NCBI GenBank assembly: GCA_038063535.1
Contig: JBBTUV010000003.1
Coordinates: 416 to 64,415, forward strand
DNA length: 64,000 bases
Source: Patescibacteria group bacterium
GTDB lineage: Bacteria; Patescibacteriota; Minisyncoccia; Phycocordibacterales; UBA9973
Direction: 5' to 3'
The position numbers and the translations under genes were made by a program. Positions within the stretch are counted from its first letter, which is position 1. Each line of letters opens with the position of its first letter. Positions 1-8,113 of this stretch are shown here, one piece after another. A model generated the notes under the pieces. That model worked only from the letters and a program-made list of their open reading frames with translations, did not search any database and was not told the origin of the DNA.

Positions 1-366
1 ATTGGCGAAAATATTGCCGCAAAGTTTCTCATGAAACATGGTTTCTCCATATTGGACAGAAACTACACAAAGAAATGGGGAGAAATAGACATCGTGGCTG
101 AAAAGGAGCAGAAGCTTTATTTTATCGAGGTTAAATCAGTAGTTAAGGATACAATGGACCAGGTTTCACAAGAAACATTGGACCAATACAGGCCAGAGGA
201 TAACATGCATCCCTGGAAACTGAAACGTCTTTCGAGAGCCATCCAAACATATATCTTGTCTAAGAAATTAGACGAAAAAGATTGGCAATTCGACCTCATA
301 GCTGTCTTTTTGAGCCCAAAGGACAAGAAGGCCAGGGTGAAGGTAGTGAGTGATATAGTTCTGTGA
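1..366 (+). CDS. YraN/UPF0102 family putative endonuclease (5' partial)
   Basis: Frame is open from base 1. GENIAAKFL...ILDRNY..KWGEIDIVA...FIEVK and QFDLIAV motifs are typical of YraN. Confidence 0.9.
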   Translation: MGENIAAKFLMKHGFSILDRNYTKKWGEIDIVAEKEQKLYFIEVKSVVKDTMDQVSQETLDQYRPEDNMHPWKLKRLSRAIQTYILSKKLDEKDWQFDLIAVFLSPKDKKARVKVVSDIVL

Positions 367-382
367 TATAAATAAAGCCCGG

Positions 383-453
383 CGGGCTGTAGTATACCGG
401 TAGTACACGTGCTTTGGGAGCATGTAGACTGGGTTCGATTCCCAGCAGCCCGA
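383..453 (+). tRNA. tRNA-Pro(TGG), CCA not encoded
   Basis: Acceptor CGGGCTG/CAGCCCG, anticodon arm CGTGC-TTTGGGA-GCATG, T-arm CTGGG-TTCGATT-CCCAG. Confidence 0.95.
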
Positions 454-454
454 C

Positions 455-862
455 ATGACAGCATTTGCATTACTTTTTACGCTTTCGGCGATTGGAATTA
501 GCGAGACGGTATATCTCATCCGCACACGGATTGCGGCGGAGCAGCCGGTCTGCCCGATCGGGGAGGGTTGCGCCACGGTACTTACCAGCAAATACAGTAA
601 GATTTTCCTGATCCCGAATGATATTCTCGGGCTTCTGGCTTACGTAGTGATTTCTTTTATCGCGGCACTCTTGGTGCTTGAAATTAATGTCGATCTTTGG
701 AGCCTCATAATAAAAATCCTGGTTGGGGCAGCATCACTCGTATCATTATTCTTCACATATCTTCAATGGCGGGAAATCCGGGCCTGGTGTTTTTGGTGCC
801 TGATGTCGGCGTTTACAATTTGGCTGATGGGAATTATAATAATTTTTAGCTCTGTAATATAG
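455..862 (+). CDS. Vitamin K epoxide reductase (VKOR) family protein, DsbB analogue
   Basis: Four hydrophobic helices, loop cysteines CPIGEGC..VL.S.YS and active-site CFWC. Confidence 0.9.
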   Translation: MTAFALLFTLSAIGISETVYLIRTRIAAEQPVCPIGEGCATVLTSKYSKIFLIPNDILGLLAYVVISFIAALLVLEINVDLWSLIIKILVGAASLVSLFFTYLQWREIRAWCFWCLMSAFTIWLMGIIIIFSSVI

Positions 863-864
863 AA

Positions 865-1239
865 ATGAGCAAAACTGCATTTCACATTTTAAGAGTGGGG
901 CTCGCGATAACCTTCCTTTGGATCGGCATACTCATCTTGAAACAACCGGAGGCCTGGGCAAGCTACATTGCGCCCTGGGCGGCCGGGCTCCTGCCGGTTT
1001 CGCCCGTAGAAGCGATGCAGGGAACCGCGGTTCTTGATTTGGCAATCGGCCTTCTGCTTCTCACTGACACTTGGGTGTGGCTCGCGGCACTGATAGGAGC
1101 ACTTCACCTCATCACTGTGCTTGCGGTTTCGGGAATTACGGATATTACCGTGCGGGATATTGCGATTTTTGCGGGCGCGGTCGCGCTCTTCGTCGAGACG
1201 CGACCGAAAAATTTATTAATTAAACAAAAAACAATATGA
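865..1239 (+). CDS. DoxX-like membrane protein
   Basis: LRVGLAITFLW.G N-terminus, about 4 TM segments, RDIAI motif. Confidence 0.7.
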   Translation: MSKTAFHILRVGLAITFLWIGILILKQPEAWASYIAPWAAGLLPVSPVEAMQGTAVLDLAIGLLLLTDTWVWLAALIGALHLITVLAVSGITDITVRDIAIFAGAVALFVETRPKNLLIKQKTI

Positions 1240-1739
1240 GCAAGTCAACAGTTATGGTTTTAATTTTGGTCATCGTTTTGGTCGGGGGGTATTTTATTTT
1301 CAGCAGCCCGAAGGCGACAGCGCCGACTCCTGAGACAAATACCCAGGACACGGAAACACCGGGTGAACCAGTTTCCCCGACATCGGAAATGCCCGTTCCG
1401 GGCGGCACCGTTCCGGAAATGACGGTAGAACATACGGTAACTTACACTAATAGCGGCTATTCGCCGAGCGAACTTAAGATAAAGGAGGGGGAGACAGTCA
1501 CCTGGGAGAACGAGAGTACGCAGAACATGTGGACGGCCTCCGCGATGCACCCGACGCACACAGCTTACAGCGGGACTTCTCTCTCCGCGCACTGCCCGGA
1601 CACTGAAAATGTCGCTTTCGACGCTTGTGAGGGCACTCTTCCGGGAGAGTCTTGGTCCTTCACCTTCACAAAGGCCGGTAGCTGGGGCTATCATGACCAC
1701 CTACATCCGACACTCTTCGGGAAAGTTATCGTTGAATAA
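1236..1739 (+). CDS. Membrane-anchored cupredoxin/plastocyanin-like protein
   Basis: N-terminal TM, Pro/Thr linker, YSPSELKIKEGETVTWEN...PGESWSFTF...G.W.YHDHLHP cupredoxin-fold pattern. Confidence 0.75.
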   Translation: MSKSTVMVLILVIVLVGGYFIFSSPKATAPTPETNTQDTETPGEPVSPTSEMPVPGGTVPEMTVEHTVTYTNSGYSPSELKIKEGETVTWENESTQNMWTASAMHPTHTAYSGTSLSAHCPDTENVAFDACEGTLPGESWSFTFTKAGSWGYHDHLHPTLFGKVIVE

Positions 1740-1784
1740 AATTAAAATTTAGGCTATAAACTATTGCGGGCATTGCTCCGCAAT

Positions 1785-1858
1785 GCGGGATTAGTTTAAT
1801 GGTAAAATATCAGTTTTCCAAACTGAGGTTGGGAGTTCGATTCTCCCATCCCGCACCA
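1785..1858 (+). tRNA. tRNA-Gly(TCC), CCA encoded and overlapping the next ATG
   Basis: Acceptor GCGGGAT/ATCCCGC, anticodon arm TCAGT-TTTCCAA-ACTGA, T-loop TTCGATT, ends ACCA at 1855-1858. Confidence 0.95.
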
Positions 1859-2595
1859 TGATTTATTTATACGCATTCGGAAGTGTGATTCTGGTGAGTC
1901 TCATTTCACTGGTCGGGATTTTTGTGCTCACTTTTAAAGAAGAGTGGGTACGCAAATATATTTTTTTTCTAGTAAGTCTCGCGGTCGGCGCGCTCTTGGG
2001 CGATGCCTTTATTCACCTAATCCCGGAGGCCTTCGAAGAAGGAATTTCGTCGGCGGGGCTCTTCGTCACTGTTGGCATCCTTATCTTTTTTATCTTTGAA
2101 AAATTTATGCACTGGCACCACCACGGTGCGGACGTAGAAGAGCCGGAAATTCACCCGGTTGGCAAGCTTGTTCTTTTCTCTGATGGGGTTCACAACTTCA
2201 TTGACGGGATAATCATTGGCGTTTCCTACATGGTGAGTATTCCCCTTGGGCTCGCGAGCACGCTCGCAGTTGTTCTGCACGAAATCCCGCAGGAGATCGG
2301 CGACTTTGCCGTGCTCCTCCACGCCGGCTACGCCAAGAAGCGAGCGCTCTATCTTAACTTTCTGTCGGCCGCAGCGGCGATCGCCGGAACTCTTTTGGCA
2401 TTTATTCTCGGGGAAGGCGGTAAGGAGCTCGCCGCCTGGGTTCTGCCATTTGCCGCCGGGGGTTTCATCTACATCGCTATGAGCGATCTCATCCCGGAAC
2501 TTCATAAAACAAAAGAGCTGAAGCACTCTTCACTTCAGCTGGTTGCGGTTCTTATCGGAATTCTCGCGATGCTCGCACTCACGCTTTTAGAGTAG
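1858..2595 (+). CDS. ZIP family metal (zinc) transporter
   Basis: HLIPEA, His-rich loop HWHHH, DGVHNFIDG, LHEIPQEIGDF, DLIPELH motifs. Confidence 0.95.
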   Translation: MIYLYAFGSVILVSLISLVGIFVLTFKEEWVRKYIFFLVSLAVGALLGDAFIHLIPEAFEEGISSAGLFVTVGILIFFIFEKFMHWHHHGADVEEPEIHPVGKLVLFSDGVHNFIDGIIIGVSYMVSIPLGLASTLAVVLHEIPQEIGDFAVLLHAGYAKKRALYLNFLSAAAAIAGTLLAFILGEGGKELAAWVLPFAAGGFIYIAMSDLIPELHKTKELKHSSLQLVAVLIGILAMLALTLLE

Positions 2596-2601
2596 TTGGT
2601 C

Positions 2602-3633
2602 TTAGAACGGATTCTTTGCGCCCTTGACTTCGATATGAAGATGCGGGCCGGTCGAGCGGCCGGTATTGCCCACATAACCGATCGTCTCGCTTTTCTCGAC
2701 TCTAGCGCCCACCGAGGTCCCAAGCCGGGACTGGTGCGCGTAGATGGTTTGGGTTCCATTTGGATGGGAGATAATGGTGAGCACCCCGTATCCGCCGTTC
2801 CATCCGGTTCGGGCGAATGTTACGATGCCTTCTGCGGCGGCGAGAATCGGGGTGCCGGTCGGCGCTGCAAGATCAACTCCACGGTGGGTTGATGTAATGC
2901 CTCGGGTGCGCCGCGCTCCGGGAACGGGATTGGTGAAGTAACCGCTCGCGTCTCTGAGAGCAGCCTGTGAAGTCCCTCCCCGAGCGATCGCCGTTCCGGC
3001 TCTCGGAGCGCTTGGGATATTCGCGCCTGGGATCATCAGTTTTTCTCCAATTGAGAGTTTGACGCCGGCTTCAATGTCGTTCGAAAGAAGAATGTCGTCC
3101 ACGTCTACCTTGTATAAGTTAGCTATCCCCTGAAGCGTATCGCCCTTTTTAACCGTATGCTCTACCCCGGAGAAAGGCAGGATAAGGAGAATATCTCCAA
3201 CTTTGAGCTTGGCTCCTTTTTGCAAATCATTTGCGGAAAGAACAGTATCCACCGAGATGTCGAACATTTGGGCTACCTGTGAAACAGTATCGCCCGGCCG
3301 GACTACGTATACGTTAACCTCACCACCCGAAAATTCGACGCCGCCAGTGCCTCCCAAAGCGCCGAGTGGGCTTACCTCTGCGAGAAGCGCATTATCGGAA
3401 AGAATACTAACCTCTCTGCTTGCATCAACATCGCTTTTGCTGTCGCGGACTGAGGCGGAAGAAAAATTGGCCTCAAGTAAGGCCATAGTTTGAGAGTTAG
3501 CACCATCAAGAGAGGGGTTGGTGAGCACGGTCTCCGCTGAAGCTTCGCCAAAGATGGAAGAAAAGAGTCCGGCAGCGACCGGCACGGGCACGGAAAGTCC
3601 TCCCAGGGAACCCAGGAAAAGCGATGCAGACAA
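2602..3633 (-). CDS. LysM x2 + M23 peptidoglycan endopeptidase (true start probably upstream, about 3675)
   Basis: Two LysM repeats (YVVRPGDTVSQVA, HTVKKGDTLQGIA) and M23 motifs HRGVD, YAHQ, STGPHLH. Confidence 0.93.
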   Translation of the reverse strand: MSASLFLGSLGGLSVPVPVAAGLFSSIFGEASAETVLTNPSLDGANSQTMALLEANFSSASVRDSKSDVDASREVSILSDNALLAEVSPLGALGGTGGVEFSGGEVNVYVVRPGDTVSQVAQMFDISVDTVLSANDLQKGAKLKVGDILLILPFSGVEHTVKKGDTLQGIANLYKVDVDDILLSNDIEAGVKLSIGEKLMIPGANIPSAPRAGTAIARGGTSQAALRDASGYFTNPVPGARRTRGITSTHRGVDLAAPTGTPILAAAEGIVTFARTGWNGGYGVLTIISHPNGTQTIYAHQSRLGTSVGARVEKSETIGYVGNTGRSTGPHLHIEVKGAKNPF

Positions 3634-3725
3634 AAGAAAACTGAGTATTTTGCTTGTTTTTCTTGGAGGTTTTATAAAACAAAGACGATATCGAGAGAAT
3701 CCCCTTAAGCCTCAGCCCCGCTAGA

Positions 3726-3840
3726 GCAGGGGGTTGCTTAGAATCACAGGACGACCAAATTGTACTGCAAACAAAGGTTCTCGCGATGGTTACTATCATC
3801 CAGCCAATCAGCCATATATTCCATACCCCTACTGCCGTAT
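3726..3840 (-). ncRNA. Candidate structured RNA / 5' leader upstream of the LysM-M23 gene
   Basis: Minus strand folds by eye into a long G-U-rich stem closed by GCAG..GGGGU/ACCCC.CUGC with two apical hairpins. It begins just after a promoter-like site. Confidence 0.5.
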
Positions 3841-3846
3841 CATTCC

Positions 3847-3875
3847 AGGGTAGCCCAAAACCGCCCCGGGGTCAA
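3847..3875 (-). promoter_or_regulatory. Sigma70-type promoter candidate
   Basis: TTGACC (3875-3870), 17-nt spacer, TACCCT (3852-3847). Confidence 0.45.
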
Positions 3876-3908
3876 ACCCCTCCTGTGGAAAGAGAAAACA
3901 GCATATAT

Positions 3909-6900
3909 TTAGGCTGCCATTTTGGGCCTCTCTAGGACTCTTAGATTGTATTTCTCCTGGACACTTTTCTTTATCGTGCCGTCCTTATTCAGAAATTTAG
4001 CTCCCAAATAATCGTGGATCTCTGAATCGAGATTCACTTGTGTACCTCGTATAAAAGCGAGCGTTTGTGGATAAGTATTGCGGCATTGCGGTCTCCCGTT
4101 CTCATAGTCCATAACAGCAAGGAGCATGCTCATGTATCCCGAATCGATCTTTTTGTTCGCCTTTGCCATCGCTTTTACCAGCTCCGGGAGTTTGCGCCGA
4201 TTCACCACCGCTTCGGCGAACAGCTTAAAGTCTATTTTGAATTTTTCCTGAAGAGCTTTGAGAACCCGCCGTTCTGGACCATATGCTCGGTTGGAAAAAT
4301 CGAGAGTTCCGCCGGCTTCGCGATAGGCTTCCAATGCAAGATCTTCAGTGACTGCCTCATTGAGAGCTCTGCCTCTTTCTTTCAGATCCGGCATATTTGC
4401 ATTTCTTCCGATGTATCTAGTCAGCCTCAAGCCGGTGCGACGAGATGTGTAAGTCTTTTGCTCTTTGTCCTCCGTCTCAAATCCCCAATAGTTATTGGCA
4501 ACAGAATCGTGAATCACTTCATGGGAAATGGTGTGAAGAAGAGAATCTTCAAGTGCATCTGGTTCTAAGGTCTCAAGCATATTCATGTTAATGAAGATTT
4601 CCCCTTCCTCAACGATACAAATCCCTGCCGCTTCGACAAATCCACGGTTCGCCATAAATTCATAGAGTCCTACTAAGTGAACTTTCCCGGACGGAGGCAT
4701 CGGGCTGCGATTTTCCCCACCATACTTTTTCATCAAGGCCTCGACATTTTGGTATGCTTTTTCGACGATTTTAGTGTATTTTTCTTTGGTCTCGGCACTC
4801 TCATACTTTTTTCGGTCCGCAAGGATTCTGAATTCCACGTAATCAGCCGCTTCGCGTGCCGAGGGAGCAGCATTGATCTTCTCAAGATCTTCTCGAAGCC
4901 ACACAGTGAAAGGACTTCTGATCATCCTCTCGGCGATTTCTCTGGGTTCGGGGAAAACGTGTTCAGCCGGGTAACGCTCTCCCAGGTCTTCCTCGCCCTC
5001 CAAGGTTTGGCTCCGGCTTGCGATGGAAGCCTTTTCCTTGTATTTTCCTGGTGGAATAGGTTGGGGAGGAAGAACATCAGACTCCTTGCTCCATTCTTTT
5101 GCTTTTTCTTCGAAAGTTTTGCGGCCAAAACCTTTCGCCTCGCCGGTCCCTTTGTAGTCTTCCAGCGCCTTACGTGGGAAAATCGGAATAAAGGACGGAA
5201 GTTCCCAATCTCTATCGACAACTCTGTGGAAAGTGTACTCATGTTTTTCAATAAGCCCGGGAGTGAATTTTTGCCCCACATCGGTCGCGATTGGAGTATA
5301 TTTTCCATCTTCGTCGGCAATAACTGCTTCCAGAAATCCAGGATGGGTCAGTCGGCCACTGGCATCTTTTCCAAAAAGAGAATACAAGCTCTCCGGGATT
5401 ATCGGTTTTCCATCTGCCCCCATTTCTATCACGATTCCTTCATGCTGATTTCCGGTATCAGGAGTAAAGAGTAATTTAATTTTTCCTTCACTCATCAGCG
5501 TGGCAATGTCGGGATGTCGAGAACCCTGAAAAGATTCGAATTGCTTCAAATTGCTTAAATCAATCGCGGGGTGCCCTTGTTCGTCAAAGCCAGTGCTGTT
5601 TACTCCGCCATAGTGAAGCCTAAGTTCGTTTAAATCCGGACGAGTAGTTTCGTTCATCAAATGAGCGTGGCGATGAATTTCCTGCAATTGCTCCGCGTAG
5701 GAATGACGATTTGCTTGTAAATATTCTTCGATGCTCCCGGCAGGAATTTTTGTACCATGATGTTCAAGAGAAAGGCCCAGTTGTTCTACCGAAAGATTCA
5801 AGATTTTGCCATCTTTTCCTTGAATTATTTCCTTCACTAGAACTTCGTGAGTTCTTGAATCAACCAAGGAGCTGGTTCCGTTCGTGTTTTCGATTATCTC
5901 GGTTCCTTGAGGAGCGCGGATTGTCGCAAGGTCGTTGTGGAGTGGGGCGTAAGCGTGAGAAAGATCGGTGGGAACTTCCTGGCCACTTCGCTCGCCTCGG
6001 AAATAATGCCAGAGTCGCTGTATAGATGTTTCCCCTCCGTTTCGTGGATGGATTCCTGTCTTATCAAGCCCTTCCTGGACAACCGCCCCTATTCCAGCAC
6101 CAATTATTCCGCCTACCACGGCCGCCTTGCCCATTTCCTTTGCCCTAAATTTACCAAGCTCTTTATTCACTCCGCCGATCCCTTCATTGAGAACCGCCAT
6201 TCTTTCGGCAAGAGAAGTTTGAAATGCCGCGAGGTCTTTTATCTGCACTTTTGTTTCAGCGAGAATCCTCATAAGCTCGAGGCGGCTTTGGCTAAGCACT
6301 TTTTCCCCTTCGTACTCTATAAGATCAAGCCCGTCAGTTTCAGAAATGGACATTCTGGCTTCCGCATCGGCGGTTTCCTCGATGAGCTGTCTTAATGCTT
6401 CTGGATTTCCCATCCGCGCTTGATTGGAAAGTTCGATCAGCCGATCCTTGATCTCGGATGCAAGACGCATGTCGTAGACGAAGCGCTCCATCGCCTCGCG
6501 ATTTTTTCTTTTCCCTTTTTTGTTTTCGAACTCGGAGATGTCTCGTCCCATTGCTCGCTCCATGCGGTGGGTTGCTACGTCAACTTTTATATCTTTTGAT
6601 CTGCGTAAGGCCCCGAAAAGCGCTCCTGCGCCAAGTGCTCCCCCTAAGAAGTACACCGGTTTCTTGGCAAAATAGGCAGCGACCGAAAGCCCCGCCGCAA
6701 GCCCGGTCGGGGAGAAGAGGTGCGCGAGAACCCTATGTTTTTGGGTACGCTCGATGATCTTGTCGATAAATCCCAAGTTCTGTTCGGTTTTGACAACGCG
6801 CTTCGCATTCCCGAGATCGACTGCAAGTCCTGCGTCGAGGCGGGCGAGTCCCTCGCCATGCTCGGCGAGTTTTCGGAATTCGCGTGCTGCTTCTAGAAAA

Positions 6901-7697
6901 TTATCCGCAGAGAGATGTCCCGGCCCAAAAGAATCGGGGTGTTTTTCGTTTACCTTACGCAAGATCTCGTGCTTTTTTTTCGTAAATTCCTCGTCAGCCA
7001 TTTTGCCGAGAGCATATTCGCGCATGAGATCGATAATAGCCTTGTTGAACTCCGGGTCTTCCAATGTTTTTTTGCTTTCACCTCCAGTGGCCCGGAATAA
7101 ATCCTCCTGGAACCTTTCAAACTCCGCGCGCATTTCCCGCTCGTGTTCTGCTTTCTTTTCCGGGTCGGCAAAGATGTTCTCCTCTCCTTTGATCCGAGCA
7201 AGTTCCTGGGCGTAGTAGCGGCGTCGATAAAATTCTTCGGCGGGGCGATACCAAAGTTTTTTGAAAAAACTGACGACCCCTTTTCTGCTTAGAACTTCAT
7301 TTACCCGTTCAGTGGCCCTTTGCTTTGCCAGTTGCTCTGCAATGTCAGAAACATCTACCGCTAAAAGCCGTTCGGGCACATGAAATTCTTTTTTTCCTTT
7401 TTCCTCTTTCTTATCGTCTGGTTCCTCTTCTTTTTCTTGCTTTTTCTTTTCCTCTTTTACATCCTTTAAATCTTCGATTTCTGCTTTCTTGGAGTTTATA
7501 TTATCGAGCTCTTCTTCGAGCTTGCGATATTCTTTTTTTGCTTTCTCGAGTTGGTTCCAAAGGTTGGCTTTTGCCTCCTTTTCCATTTCAAAATTGTACC
7601 CCTCTTCAAGGTTGTGGATGTTTTCCTTTAATTCCTTGTATTTAGAGAGGAGGTCGGCTTCTTTATTAGTTGGTTGTAGGCTTTCCCTCATAGCCAA
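3909..7697 (-). CDS. Large modular protein with C-terminal HEXXH zinc-metallopeptidase domain (putative effector)
   Basis: 1262 aa; charged coiled-coil N-terminus, two Gly/Ala-rich hydrophobic segments, C-terminal HTISHEVIH...ALNEAVTE. Confidence 0.75.
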   Translation of the reverse strand: MAMRESLQPTNKEADLLSKYKELKENIHNLEEGYNFEMEKEAKANLWNQLEKAKKEYRKLEEELDNINSKKAEIEDLKDVKEEKKKQEKEEEPDDKKEEKGKKEFHVPERLLAVDVSDIAEQLAKQRATERVNEVLSRKGVVSFFKKLWYRPAEEFYRRRYYAQELARIKGEENIFADPEKKAEHEREMRAEFERFQEDLFRATGGESKKTLEDPEFNKAIIDLMREYALGKMADEEFTKKKHEILRKVNEKHPDSFGPGHLSADNFLEAAREFRKLAEHGEGLARLDAGLAVDLGNAKRVVKTEQNLGFIDKIIERTQKHRVLAHLFSPTGLAAGLSVAAYFAKKPVYFLGGALGAGALFGALRRSKDIKVDVATHRMERAMGRDISEFENKKGKRKNREAMERFVYDMRLASEIKDRLIELSNQARMGNPEALRQLIEETADAEARMSISETDGLDLIEYEGEKVLSQSRLELMRILAETKVQIKDLAAFQTSLAERMAVLNEGIGGVNKELGKFRAKEMGKAAVVGGIIGAGIGAVVQEGLDKTGIHPRNGGETSIQRLWHYFRGERSGQEVPTDLSHAYAPLHNDLATIRAPQGTEIIENTNGTSSLVDSRTHEVLVKEIIQGKDGKILNLSVEQLGLSLEHHGTKIPAGSIEEYLQANRHSYAEQLQEIHRHAHLMNETTRPDLNELRLHYGGVNSTGFDEQGHPAIDLSNLKQFESFQGSRHPDIATLMSEGKIKLLFTPDTGNQHEGIVIEMGADGKPIIPESLYSLFGKDASGRLTHPGFLEAVIADEDGKYTPIATDVGQKFTPGLIEKHEYTFHRVVDRDWELPSFIPIFPRKALEDYKGTGEAKGFGRKTFEEKAKEWSKESDVLPPQPIPPGKYKEKASIASRSQTLEGEEDLGERYPAEHVFPEPREIAERMIRSPFTVWLREDLEKINAAPSAREAADYVEFRILADRKKYESAETKEKYTKIVEKAYQNVEALMKKYGGENRSPMPPSGKVHLVGLYEFMANRGFVEAAGICIVEEGEIFINMNMLETLEPDALEDSLLHTISHEVIHDSVANNYWGFETEDKEQKTYTSRRTGLRLTRYIGRNANMPDLKERGRALNEAVTEDLALEAYREAGGTLDFSNRAYGPERRVLKALQEKFKIDFKLFAEAVVNRRKLPELVKAMAKANKKIDSGYMSMLLAVMDYENGRPQCRNTYPQTLAFIRGTQVNLDSEIHDYLGAKFLNKDGTIKKSVQEKYNLRVLERPKMAA

Positions 7698-7699
7698 TT

Positions 7700-8020
7700 T
7701 TATTTAACTATGCCCAAATATGTATCTCTAAACGACATCATCGCCTGAGAAAATAATTCTTGGGCATTTGGAAAGTTCGTTGATATAAATTGGTTTACTT
7801 TCTCTTGGTCTCCCCCTTCTGTGATTTCCCGGAAGGAAGTTAATTTGTTTTCATCTAGGTTAGAAACAACTGTAGCCAGAAAACGATCTTCGAGGCGATT
7901 TTTAAGATCCGCGAACATTTGAGACCGCACTTCCGGAGAAACATTGTCCATACCGGCTTCGCTGAGCATTTTATTAAGAAATTCGTCTATTACTTTTTGC
8001 GAACTGAGTTCTGTTAGCAT
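7700..8020 (-). CDS. Small acidic helical CPR protein (DUF5663-like)
   Basis: 106 aa; pattern G.DN...E...QM..DL..RLE.R......L.E.....F recalls the CPR DUF5663 family (from memory, not searched). Ends 2 nt before the 1262-aa gene. Confidence 0.6.
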   Translation of the reverse strand: MLTELSSQKVIDEFLNKMLSEAGMDNVSPEVRSQMFADLKNRLEDRFLATVVSNLDENKLTSFREITEGGDQEKVNQFISTNFPNAQELFSQAMMSFRDTYLGIVK

Positions 8021-8113
8021 GTTATTTTGATTACTTTTAAAATTTAACCACAGAAAGTTTTATAATGCAATACCTAAACATTATAGCATATTCCATTGTG
8101 CTATAGTTGGAGA

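Noticed and set aside
3757-3853. Plus-strand ACT-GCA-AAC context resembling a tmRNA resume codon
   Set aside because: The peptide (ANKGSRDGYY...) lacks an Ala-rich end, there are no tRNA-like termini, and G-U pairing favours the minus strand.
4066-4074. Perfect DnaA box TGTGGATAA
   Set aside because: Isolated, inside a CDS and far from other boxes; compatible with chance.
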